In this document: positions 11,379-21,630 of the stretch, piece by piece
How the letters are laid out: every line of letters begins with the position of its first letter
Numbering within the stretch: the first letter of the stretch is position 1
Origin: Squalus acanthias
Taxonomy: Eukaryota
Length of the DNA: 64,000 nt
Assembly: GCA_030390025.1 (NCBI GenBank)
Contig: CM059432.1
Span: 13,392,001-13,456,000, forward strand
Direction: 5' to 3'
The notes under the pieces: generated by a model
The model's input: the letters and a program-made list of their open reading frames with translations, nothing else
Database searches by the model: none
What the model was told of the DNA's origin: nothing
Program-made: the position numbers and the translations under genes

Positions 11379-12446
11379 ATAGAGTCATAACGGCACAGAA
11401 GGATTTCCATTCGGCCCATCGAGTCCGTGACTCCAGGATGGTATGTTGCCTCCCTGGTGCCAGGGTCAAGGATGTCACTGAGCGGCTGCAGGACACTCTG
11501 AGGGGGGAGGGTGAACAGCCAGAGGTCATTGTCCATATTGCTACCAATGACATAGGCAGAAAGAGGAATGAGGTCCTGCAGGCAGAGTTTAGGGAGCTAG
11601 GAGAGATTTTAAAAAGCAGGACCTCAAAGGTAGTAATCTCCGGATTACTCCCGGTGCCACGTGCTAGTGAGTACAGGAATAGGAGGATAGAACAGATGAA
11701 TGTGTGGCTGGAGAGATGGTGCAGGAGGGAGGGCTTTAGATTCCTGAGGCATTGGGACCATTTCTGGGGAAGGTGGGACCTGTACAAGCCGGACGGGTTA
11801 CACCTTAACAGAGCTGGGGCCAATATTCTCGCAGTGAGGTTTGCTAGTGCTGTTGGGGAGGCTTTAAACTAGCTTGGCAGGGGGGTGGGCACCTGCATAT
11901 AGAAGTAGAAAAGAGGAATAAAGTGCATACAAGAGTGAGTGCGTTGGATAGTACTAGAGAAGAAAGTAGTACTAGAGGCGGTAGTAATACCATATTAGAT
12001 AGGAGCAGTCTAAGAAAGACTACGAAAAATTCAAAAATGGGTTTAGAATGCATGTACGTAAACGCACAAAGTGTGGTGAATAAGGTTGGTGAGCTACAAG
12101 CACAATTAGCAGTGTGGCAATATGATGTTGTGGCCATAACGGAAACGTGGCTTAAAAACGGTGAGGACTGGGCACTTAATATTCAAGGGTACAAGGTGTT
12201 CAGAAAAGATAAGGAAGGAAAAAAGGGAGGTGGGGTGGCAGTGCTGGTTAAGGAAGACATTGTAGTGTTGGAAAGGAAGGATGTTCTTGAGGGGACAAGG
12301 ACAGAATCCATTTGGTTAGAGTTGAGGAGCAAAAAGGGTATGATCACGCTATTAGGTGTATTCTATCGGCCTTCAAATAGTGAGAGGGAGGTAGAGGAGC
12401 AAATCTGCAGGGAAATTGCAGAGATATGCAAGAGCTATAGAGTGGT

Positions 12447-14335
12447 TGAAGCGATTTTTACTAGTCCTAGCCCCTTTACGGCTACCCCGGATCAGGCGTA
12501 TTTCTCAAGGCATTCACTTTCAACTAAAGTTTGAGGTAGCCAAATCCTAAAGACGCTTAATTGGGTCTAAAGGTCCAGGCTATATCTCCCTAAAGGAAAG
12601 GAACAACCCGAGAATGTTACCGTCCTCCAGATAACGCTTTTAATAAGTTTAGCTAGACTGTAACTTTTCGGATATTATGAGGGTCCGGAAAACTCCCCAG
12701 AATTCTGTAACTCTCCACCAAAGAGTGTACAGAGATTGAGTTCGCAAATTTTTGATACAGAAGCCTTATGTGAGACAATTCTAAAAATATATAGATTTAT
12801 TAAAGAACCGACATGCAATTTACAGTTGGTGAATCAATTGCAACATTAATTGTTCTAAAAAGAGAAAAAATGCTATCTTATTATTAACAGAGAATCTTAG
12901 TTTTAAATCTTAACTTTTCTACAGTATTACAGTTCTTAAAGTGTTCTACAGGATATCCACCAATATCAAATACCTTTGATCCCTGAGGTACAAAGAGTTG
13001 GAGACTACAGAGCCACCTCTGAAGCCGAGAATCACTTTGCCTGATTAAAGCGAGTCTGTTATCCCATTTGAGAGTTCAATATTTATACCCTTTTCCAGTG
13101 GTATTTCCTTTAAGGTTTTCTGCTGATGCAAGCTAATTATCTCTAGTCATCTTTCTGCCAACCTCTGCAACTCTTACTGCCACCTCAGCCAGACTCGTGT
13201 CTCATCTCTAGATGTTCTAAGTTTACCATATAAAAATGGTGTGACAGCAGGTGTTCCTTACATTGTCAACATTATGAGAGCAGATGTTCCTTATCTTATG
13301 TGCTTCTTTATGAAGTGTAAATTAGAACACCTTATCCAGGGTGAACCATTGTTTCGTTCCCAAAAGTTCAGCCTGTTGGAGCCCTTCACCTTCTGTTTCA
13401 ATAAGGTTATTTATTCAGTGTGAACAACTATCTTATCTCAATATCCAGAATGCTTTCATAGCTATTTCATAGTTAGGTTTCTAAATTTCCAAACCCAGTT
13501 TGTCATGTTTTAATAAGGCCAGAATTCTTTCATAAGATAGTGGCCCAGAAATTCGCCTCTCCGGCTTGCCGCGGGGGTAAGGATCGCGCGCGCACTTACC
13601 TACCGCGCCTGCCGTTGTGTTTTGGGCCCACGGGAACTTCAGCTCCTGGTCCTGCTCCAAGAGCCGGCGCGCAGTGCTTGCGTGTCCCAGGGGCGTAGTT
13701 AGTGCGATGCGTCCCCTGGGATCACGTGGGCCTTGGAGAGCCAATGGCAGCAGACCATCTTTCATTCATAGATTTGACAGGAAGAGCTGTCAAATCTGTG
13801 AATTGAAATCGGCCCCAAAAGAACAGCTAAAATAAATTAAAAAATTTAAAAACCATCACATTTATAAAATAACTATAGTTAAATAAATTAACCACTTTAA
13901 ACAAAAATTTAAATTTTTGAAAAAATTAAAATACTTTTTAAAAGTGATAAAAATAAACTTACCTTTCTTTAAAGTATCTAAAAAAGATAAACCTGTTGAA
14001 AAAAAAATTAAATTATACTTAATTAACCACTTACCTTGTTGAAAACGGCTCCTGCGCCTCCTTTTTATAAGCGTAGGTTCTTCACTACTTACCCTCCCGT
14101 AGAAACCTGAAAAAAAATCTAAGTTCGCTGCGTGCGCGCAGCCTCTACCGCGCACGCGGTTCGCCCCCTTCACCAGACCGAAAGTTCCGGTTTCCCGCGC
14201 ATGCGCAGTGCATGCAGGAAACCGGCACTTCGGGATGCATTACGGGTGAGTACGCACTGTGTACTCACCCGGGAAGGGCCAAATTTTTGGCCCAGTGTAT
14301 TTTTCTGAATAGGTTATATGGCTTATTCCTTCACA
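12447..14335 (-). repeat. 3' LTR of the provirus (1134 bp after removing the MITE and its TSD)
   Basis: Colinear with 18668-19801. Termini are TGAAG...CCTTCACA. On the minus strand, TATAAATA lies at 13080-13087 and AATAAA at 12796-12801. Confidence 0.93.
13542..14293. mobile_element. PIF/Harbinger-like MITE (family A) inserted in the 3' LTR
   Basis: TIRs are GGCCCAGAAATT and AATTTTTGGCCC, with AGT on both flanks. It is absent from the 5' LTR. Paralogues lie at 27673-28438 and 44943-45681. Confidence 0.85.
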
Positions 14336-14346
14336 CACCCCTCTTG
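14336..14346 (-). promoter_or_regulatory. 3' polypurine tract
   Basis: The minus strand reads CAAGAGGGGTG immediately before the LTR start TGTGAAGG. Confidence 0.7.
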
Positions 14347-14620
14347 ACCAAAAAATGAGCTCGAGCATCAGGGCAGAGTTTGGTCAATGTTATAAATAAG
14401 GTTGCAATAGTACATTAATTTCACAAGATTCACAAGAGCCCACTCATGTGCTACATGAAAATTCCTTTAAGTCATCCCAGGACAATATTTTGCCTTATTT
14501 GAAATTGAACACAAATTAAAAGATTGATAGGTACATTGTCATGCAATTAGCGAAACAACATGTAATTAGAATGTCCATTTGACAGATGTACATTCCGTAG
14601 AGGTGAGTTATTTATATGAG

Positions 14621-14968
14621 TCAAGGAGACGTCATTTGGAGCTGGCTAAAGCTTGACACGCTGTTCCATTGATCCAGCGTGAGGACAGATTCTTGTTTTC
14701 GTAAAGGCTTTGCCAGAAGTTCATTTGACTCCTTCTCCATCCGCAGTGTTTTCCTCCTTCGTTGAAGTAACTTGTTGGTCTTTACTTGTTTTGGTTGTGG
14801 CTTTTTGCGAATCCAATTCCTGAGGCGTTGCCAAGCATCGTGTGGAGGAGTCGACGACACTGTCTGGCTGACCGTGGTCAGTAGTTCGATCGCATCCAAT
14901 TCCTGTGTCGTGCTCCAAGCTGGGTCTTGAAAGACAGTGTACGACTGCACCTTGTATTGTTCCTCCAT
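14621..14968 (-). pseudogene. Truncated env-position ORF (115 aa) overlapping the pol end
   Basis: The ATG lies within the pol QNG codons just after TVSIDNLK, the register I recall for prototype foamy virus env. No transmembrane segment appears before the stop. Confidence 0.55.
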
Positions 14969-16251
14969 TTTGGTATCCCACAGGACATCTTTTGAGATTG
15001 TCTATGGAGACAGTTTTAAGAATATGCTTGCCATTCGGCTGATTAATATGTATTTTAACAGTTCTTTCGTTAATAACGGAACATATTTGAACAGGTTTTT
15101 TCCACTTAGGTCTTAAACCAGGTTTTTGCTCGAACTTCTTTTCCTGTACCCATTCTCCTGCTAGGGGTTGCCATGCTTTGTTTGTCAATTTTTTCTGCCT
15201 ATTTGTCTCCCTTATCCTCTGATCAATTTGATGTATCTCCTCTGTTACTTCTTTTTTTAAATCTAACTGTCGCTGTCGGGTCAAGGAATCAGAGAGTGTA
15301 GAGGCAATAAAAGAACTATGGGTAAGTGATGTATGCATCTCAACCCCATACATTAGATAATATGGAGTTTTAGAGGACACTGTCCCTGATGCAGATGCGG
15401 GCACATTATTAAGTGCTAGCTGCACCTCCGGAATGACGGTGGTCCACTTATTTCCCCTGATTCTCAACAGTTTGACCAATAGCTTTTTTACTTCCTGGTT
15501 TTTACGTTCCACCAGCCCCGCTGATTGCGGATGACGTGACGTGCTGTGCTCTAACCCAATCCCCCTTTGTTCGCAGTAGTCTTTGAAGACCTTGGAGACA
15601 AAGGCTCCGCCTTTAACAGAGTGTAAGATCTTGGGTGCACCAGCTACAGTAATTATGTCAGTAATAGCATTGGCGAGTGCGTTTTCCAAAACAATTTTTG
15701 TGGGGACCAGCCAGCAGAAGGAAGTGCATCCATCTACACAAACAAGAACGTGTCTGTATCCCAAAGACGGGGGAAGTGGTCCAATGAAGTCAATAAAGAA
15801 TTTTCCCATTGGTTCATCAGCTTTCACAAGAGCCAATGGTGGTGGCTTAATTAGTGATGACTTATTGGTTAAATTGCATGGCTCACAATTTGCCATGTAT
15901 GTTTTACAGGCCTTAAGCATGCCTGGCCACCAATATAAGGGAATCAATTTGCAGAATGTTGTCCTGGCACCACAATGTGCTTGACCTATGCCCTCGTGAG
16001 CTTCTTTTACAAGCTGTTCTCGTTTGTGTCTCGGGGGCACTTCTCGGTTTCTCCTGGGCAACTTAACTAGCACAATACCAGTAGGGGTTTCCGAGTAAAA
16101 GTATTTTGATGGATATCCTGGTGGATTCTCTTTTGTTGGGTCTAGTAGCTGAATCAGTTCCTCATCCTGATTAGCTGCCCGTTCTGCCCTAGTGACAACA
16201 TTAATATTGGCAGGCCCCTCTCGAGGGGGTGTCATGCAGACCGAACGTTTC
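14721..16251 (-). pseudogene. pol: Foamy-like integrase (NED, HHCC, catalytic core, SH3-like CTD); second catalytic Asp changed to Val
   Basis: Motifs are GYPSKYFY...VPP...AH, H..H/CEPC, KFFIDFIGPLPPSLGY, PKILHSVKG, HPQSAGLVERKN, and GEWVQE...LRPKWKKP...TVSIDNLK. Confidence 0.9.
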
Positions 16252-16255
16252 GCTT

Positions 16256-17891
16256 CTCCCTGGACTCAGCAAAGATCCCGGCAGACTGGAAAACTGCTAA
16301 TGTAACACCCTTATTTAAAAAGGGCAGTAGACAGAAGGCTGGAAACTATAGACCGGTTAGCCTAACATCTGTGGTAGGTAAAATTTTGGAGTCCATTATT
16401 CAGGAGACAGTAATGGGACATTTGGATAATCATAATTTAATAGGACAAAGTCAGCATGGTTTTATGAAGGGGAAGTCATGTTTGACAAATTTGCTGGAGT
16501 TCTTTGAGGAAGTAACATACAGGGTGGATAAAGGGGAACCAGTGGATGTGGTGTATTTAGACTTCCAAAAGGCATTTGACAAGGTGCCACACAAAAGATT
16601 ATTGCTTAAGATAAAAAATCACGGGATTGGGGGTAATATTCTGGCATGGATAGAGGATTGGCTATCTAACAGAAGGCAGAGAGTTGGGATAAATGGTTCA
16701 TTCTCAGACTGGCAATCAGTAACTAGTGGTGTTCCGCAGGGGTCAGTGCTGGGTCCCCAACTCTTTACAATCTATATTAATGATTTGGAGGAGGGGACCG
16801 AGTGTAACATATCAAAGTTTGCAGATGATACTAAGATGGGAGGGAAAGTAATGAGTGAGGAGGACATAAAAAACCTGCAAGGGGACATAGACAGGCTAAG
16901 TAAGTGGGCAGAGATTTGGCAGATGGAATACAATACTGGAAAGTGTGAGGTTATGCACTTTGGCAGGAAAAATAGTAGAGCAAGTTATTATCTTAATGGC
17001 AAGAAACTGGAAAGTACTGAAGTACAACGGGATCTGGGGGTCCTGGTGCACGAAACTCAAAAGGTTAGTATGCAGGTGCAGCAAGTGATTAAGAAGGCCA
17101 ATGGAATGTTGGCTTTCATTGCTAGGGGGATAGAATATAAAAATAGGAAGGTATTGCTGCAGTTGTACAAGGTATTGGTGAGACCGCACCTGGAATACTG
17201 CATACAGTTTTGGTGTCCATACTTAAGAAAAGACATACTTGCTCTTGAGTCAGTACAAAGAAGGTTCACTCGGTTAATCCCAGGGATGAGGGGATGGACA
17301 TATGAGGAGAGGTTGGGTAGATTGGGACTCTACTCATTGGAGTTCAGAAGAATGAGAGGCGATCTTATTGAAACATATAAGATTGTGAAGGGGTTGGATT
17401 GGGTGGATGCGGGGAGGATGTTCCCGATGATGGGTGAAACTAGAATTAGGGGGCATAGTCTTAGAATAAGGGGCTGCTCTTTCAAAACTGAGATGAGAAG
17501 GAACTACTTCACTCAGAGGGTGGTAGGTCCATGGAATATGCTGCCCCAAAAAGCTGTAGAAGCTACATCATTACATAAATTTAAAACAGAAATAGACAGT
17601 TTCCTAGAAGTAAAGGGAATTAAAGGTTACGGGGAGCGGGCAGGAATTTGGACATGAGTCTAGGTTCGGATCGGTCATGGCCCTGTGGGTAGCGTAGCGG
17701 GCCCAGGGGCCGTGTAGCCTGATCCTGCTCCTATTTTGTGTGTCCAATTCTGTTAGGTTCAGGAGATGGTTCTGTGATAGTAGATTGGCGGTTAGGATCA
17801 GATCAGCCATGATCTTATTGAATGGCGGAGCAGGCTCGAGGGGCCAATTGGCCTACTCCTGCTCCTATTTCTTATGTTCTTATGTTCTTAT
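16256..17891 (+). mobile_element. 5'-truncated CR1 inserted into proviral pol, with an open 428-aa RT frame
   Basis: GCTT flanks both ends (16252-16255 and 17892-17895). It has QGSVLGP and FADD motifs and a (TTCTTATG)n tail. Confidence 0.92.
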
Positions 17892-18403
17892 GCTTGTTCG
17901 TCTGCAAGACTGTTTCCTTTTGACTGTACTGTCCCAGTGGTATGCCCGTTTGCATGAATCACCTGACAATTCTGTTTCTCCATCCTCGAACGGAGAATGT
18001 ATTCCCATAATGACTTATGTTTTATGGGTTTACCCTTATGATTGGTAAAGTTTGTTTGTTCCCAGAAAACTAGATCTTGGTTATATCCTCTTTTACAATA
18101 GTCACTATCCATACAGATTAATGTGCGTTTAATAGGGTCTGCCTTTTCTAAAGCATACCGTAGTACTGCGGCTTCAGCATATTGCGCTGTCTTATGGCCA
18201 AGGGGTATGAACAGTAATTCTTCTGGATAAAAAGAATAAGAATCTCGAAAAGTCCCAACTACTATCCCCATCCCAGCTGAGGATTGTTGGGATGTCCCTA
18301 TTTTAATCGTCATTGACGATCCATCACAGTAAATGACTTGATGGTAGCAATCGTTTGAATTTCCTAATAAAAAGACTTGGCCAATTCCAACAGGGTTTGT
18401 CAT
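17892..18403 (-). pseudogene. pol: Retroviral RNase H domain of pol
   Basis: YCDGS, AQYAEAA, CMDSDY, NHKGKPIKHKSLW (basic C-helix loop), HANGH and GNSLADEQA. The D-E-D-D set is intact. Confidence 0.9.
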
Positions 18404-18647
18404 TTCGTCAGGGCCTAACCTCGGTTAGGATTTAATATGAACTTTATAAGAAATTTCTAGACCTCAATGGTATATTGAGGGAGTTCTCATTTAAATTCTA
18501 CAAGGCCTGATCAGGGACTTGTCATGTCTAGAGACTTAAATCTGGGTCTTAGTACCACTGTCAGTAAAACACTCCTTCTATACTTAACAATCTACGAGAT
18601 GGATATAGATATAAATATAAGTATAGGGTTCTGTATCAACTCATTAA

Positions 18648-18665
18648 CACACATGTTGGGCGCCA
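18648..18665 (-). promoter_or_regulatory. Primer binding site, tRNA-Lys(1,2)-type
   Basis: The minus strand reads TGGCGCCCAACATGTGTG two nt after the LTR end. The first 11 nt match TGGCGCCCAACGTGGGGC. Confidence 0.85.
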
Positions 18666-18667
18666 AC

Positions 18668-19801
18668 TGAAGGGATAATTACTAGTCCTAGCCCCTTTAC
18701 GGCTACCCCAGATCAGGCGTATTTCTCAAGACGTTCACTTTCAACTAAAGTGTGAGGTAGCCGAATCCTAAAGACGCGTAATTGGGTCTTAAGGTCCAGA
18801 CTATCTCTCCTTAAAGGAAAGGAACAACCCGAGAATGTTACCGTCCTCCAGATAGCGCTTTTAATAAGTTTAGCTAGACTGTAACTTTCCGGATATTATG
18901 AGGGTCCGGAAAACTCCCCAGAATTCTGTAACTCTCCACCAAAGAGTGTACAGAGATTGAGTTCGCAAATTTTTGATACAGAAGCCTTATGTGAGACAAT
19001 TCTAAAAATATATAGATTTATTAAAGAACTGACATGCAATTTACAGTTGGTGAATCAATCACAACATTAATCGTTCTAAAAAGAGAAAAAATGCTATCCT
19101 ATTATTAACAGAGAATCTTAGTTTTAAATCTTAACTTTTCTACAGTATTACAGTTCTTAAAGTGTTCTACAGGATATCCACCAATATCAAATACCTTTGA
19201 TCCCTGAGGTACGAAGAGTTGGAGACTACAGAGCCACCTCTGAAGCCGAGAATCACTTTGCCCGATTAAAGCGAGTCTGTTATCCCATTTGAGAGTTCAA
19301 TATTTATACCCTTTTCCAGTGGTATTTCCTTTAAGGTTTTCTGCCGATGCAAGCTAATTATCTCTAGTCATCTTTCTGCCAACCTCTGCAACTCTTACTG
19401 CCACCTCAGCCAGACTCGTGTCTCATCTCTAGATGTTCTAAGTTTACCATATAAAAATGGTGTGACAGCAGGTGTTCCTTACATTGTCAACATTATGAGA
19501 GCAGATGTTCCTTATCTTATGTGCTTCTTTACGAAGTGTAAATTAGAACACCTTATCCAGGGTGAACTATTGTTTAGTTCCCAAAAGTTCAGCCTGTCGG
19601 AGCCCTTCACCATCTGTTTCAATAAGGTTATTTATTCAGGGTCAACAACTATCTTATCTCAATAGCCAGAATGCGTTCATAGCTATTTCATAGTTAGGTT
19701 TCTAAATTCCCAAACCCAGTTTGTCATGTTTTAATAAGGCCAGAATTCTTTCATAAGATAATGTATTTTTCTGAATAGGTTATATGGCTTATTCCTTCAC
19801 A
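18668..19801 (-). repeat. 5' LTR of the provirus (1134 bp)
   Basis: Adjacent to the PBS. On the minus strand, TATAAATA is at 19301-19308, a candidate donor AAG|GTATTT at ~19194, and AATAAA at 19017-19022. Confidence 0.93.
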
Positions 19802-20499
19802 TGGTGATATTGGGGGACTTTAATTACCCAAATATTGATTGGGATAATGCTGGGGCAAAGGGAAAGGAAAGGGAGGAATTTCTGAAATGTGTTCAGGAGA
19901 ATTTCCTTGACCAATATGTTCTTGGCCCAACTAGGAAGGAGGCATTGCTGAATCTGGTGCTGGGGAATGAGGTGGGCCAGGTCGACCAAGTGTCTGTGGG
20001 AGAACACTTGGGTATGAGTGATCATCGTAGCATAAGATTTAGATTAGCAATGGAGAGGAGCAAGGAACAATCTAGAGTGGAACTTCTAAACTGGAATAGG
20101 GCTAACTTCAATGGGATGCAAAAGGATCTAGCCAGGGTAAAATGGAACCAAAGACTGACAGGAAAAACTGTAACGGAACAATGGGTGATCTTTAAGGAGG
20201 AGATGTTCCAAGTACAGGCTAGGTACATTCCAACAAGAGGGAAGGGTAAGGGAACCAAAGCAAAGGCTCCTTGGATGACGAGGGAGATAGAGAAGATGAT
20301 GAAACAAAAAAGGAGGGTGTATGATGCATGTCAGGTGAATGCTTCAAGGGAGAACCAGACCAAATACAATAAGTTGAGAGAGGAAGTGAAGATGAAAATA
20401 AGATTGGCAAAGAGAGAATATGAGAGTAGAATGGCGGTTAACATAAAAGGGAACCCAAAAATCTTCTACCGGCATGTAAACAGTAAGCGGGTCGTAAGA

Positions 20500-21001
20500 A
20501 CATAAGAACATAAGAACATAAGAAATAGGAGCAGGAGTAGGCCAATCGGCCCCTCGAGCCTGCTCCGCCATTCAATAAGATCATGGCTGATCTGATCCTA
20601 ACCGCCAATCTACTATCTATCACAGAACCATCTCCTGCATCTAACAGAATTGCACACACGAAATAGGAGCAGAATCAGGCTACACAGTCCCTGGGCCCGC
20701 TCCACTACCCACAGGGCCATGACCGATCCGAACCTAGACTCATGTCCAAATTCCTGCCCGCTCCCCGTAACCCTTAATGCCCTTTACTTCTAGGAAACTG
20801 TCTATTTCTGTTTTAAATTTAATTAATGTTGTAGCTTCTACAGCTTTTTGTGGCAGCATATTCCATGGACCTACCACCCTCTGAGTGAAGTAGTTCCTCC
20901 TCATCTCAGTTTTGAAAGAGCAGCCCCTTATTCTAAGACTATGTCCCCTAGTTCTCGTCTCACCCGTCATCGGGAACATCCTCCCCGCATCCACCCGATC
21001 C
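20500..21001 (-). mobile_element. CR1 3' fragment, same subfamily as 16256-17891, inverted within the host CR1
   Basis: AAGA flanks both ends (20496-20499 and 21002-21005). It shares the C-terminus ...GERAGIWT and the extended 3' UTR. Confidence 0.88.
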
Positions 21002-21630
21002 AAGAGGCGGGGTGGGGCCTATTAGAGACAAAAAAGGTGATATATGCTTAGGGGTGCAGGACAAAGCTAGAATACTCAATGAGTACTTTGTATCAGTGTT
21101 TACTAAGGAGGTGGATGCTAACAAAATATCGGTAGAAGTGGAAAAGGTAGAAGCAATGGAAGGGGTGACAATTGATAGACAGGATGTACTAGAAAGGTTG
21201 GATATGCTTAGAGTGGATAAGTTGCTTGGTCCAGATGGCTTGCATCCCAGGTTGCTAAGGGAACTGGGGGAGGAGATAGAGGAAGGGCTTGCCATAATTT
21301 TCCAATTTTCCCTAGATGCGGGGGAGGTGCCTAAGGATTGGAAAGTGGCAAATGTGGCACCATTGTTGAAGAAAGGGTGTAAGGACAATCCTAGTAACTA
21401 CAGTTTAACATCAGTGGTGGGTAAAGTTTTAGAAACAATAATCAAGGAAAAAATTAATGGGCATTTGGAGAGGTTTAAGCTTATTAAGGAGAGCCAACAT
21501 GGATTTGTAAAAGGCAGATCGTGTTTGACTTATCTAATTGAATTTTTTGATGAAGTAACAGGGAGGGTTGATGAAGGGAATGCAATGGATGTTGTCTACA
21601 TGGATTTTTGGAAGGCGTTTGACAAAGTAC

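Larger units (their letters stand above)
12447..19801 (-). mobile_element. Foamy-virus-like (Spumaretrovirinae-related) endogenous retrovirus, internally deleted provirus
   Basis: TG...CA LTR pair, TGGT TSD (12443-12446 and 19802-19805), Lys-type PBS, PPT, and foamy-like RNase H and integrase. Confidence 0.92.

Noticed and set aside
13241..13423. Short ORFs repeated at 13241 and 19462
   Set aside because: They are antisense frames within the duplicated LTR U3, of different lengths and with no recognisable motif.
16211..16230. AGAGGGG on the minus strand as a central PPT copy
   Set aside because: It is only a 7-nt match and lies at the RH/IN boundary. At the position of the foamy cPPT (the VQE codons) the sequence is purine-rich but not a copy of the 3' PPT.
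14721..18403. Open RH-IN frame as evidence of host domestication
   Set aside because: The frame is split by a CR1 and the catalytic D is lost. At ~3% LTR divergence, a stop-free 2 kb is plausible without selection.
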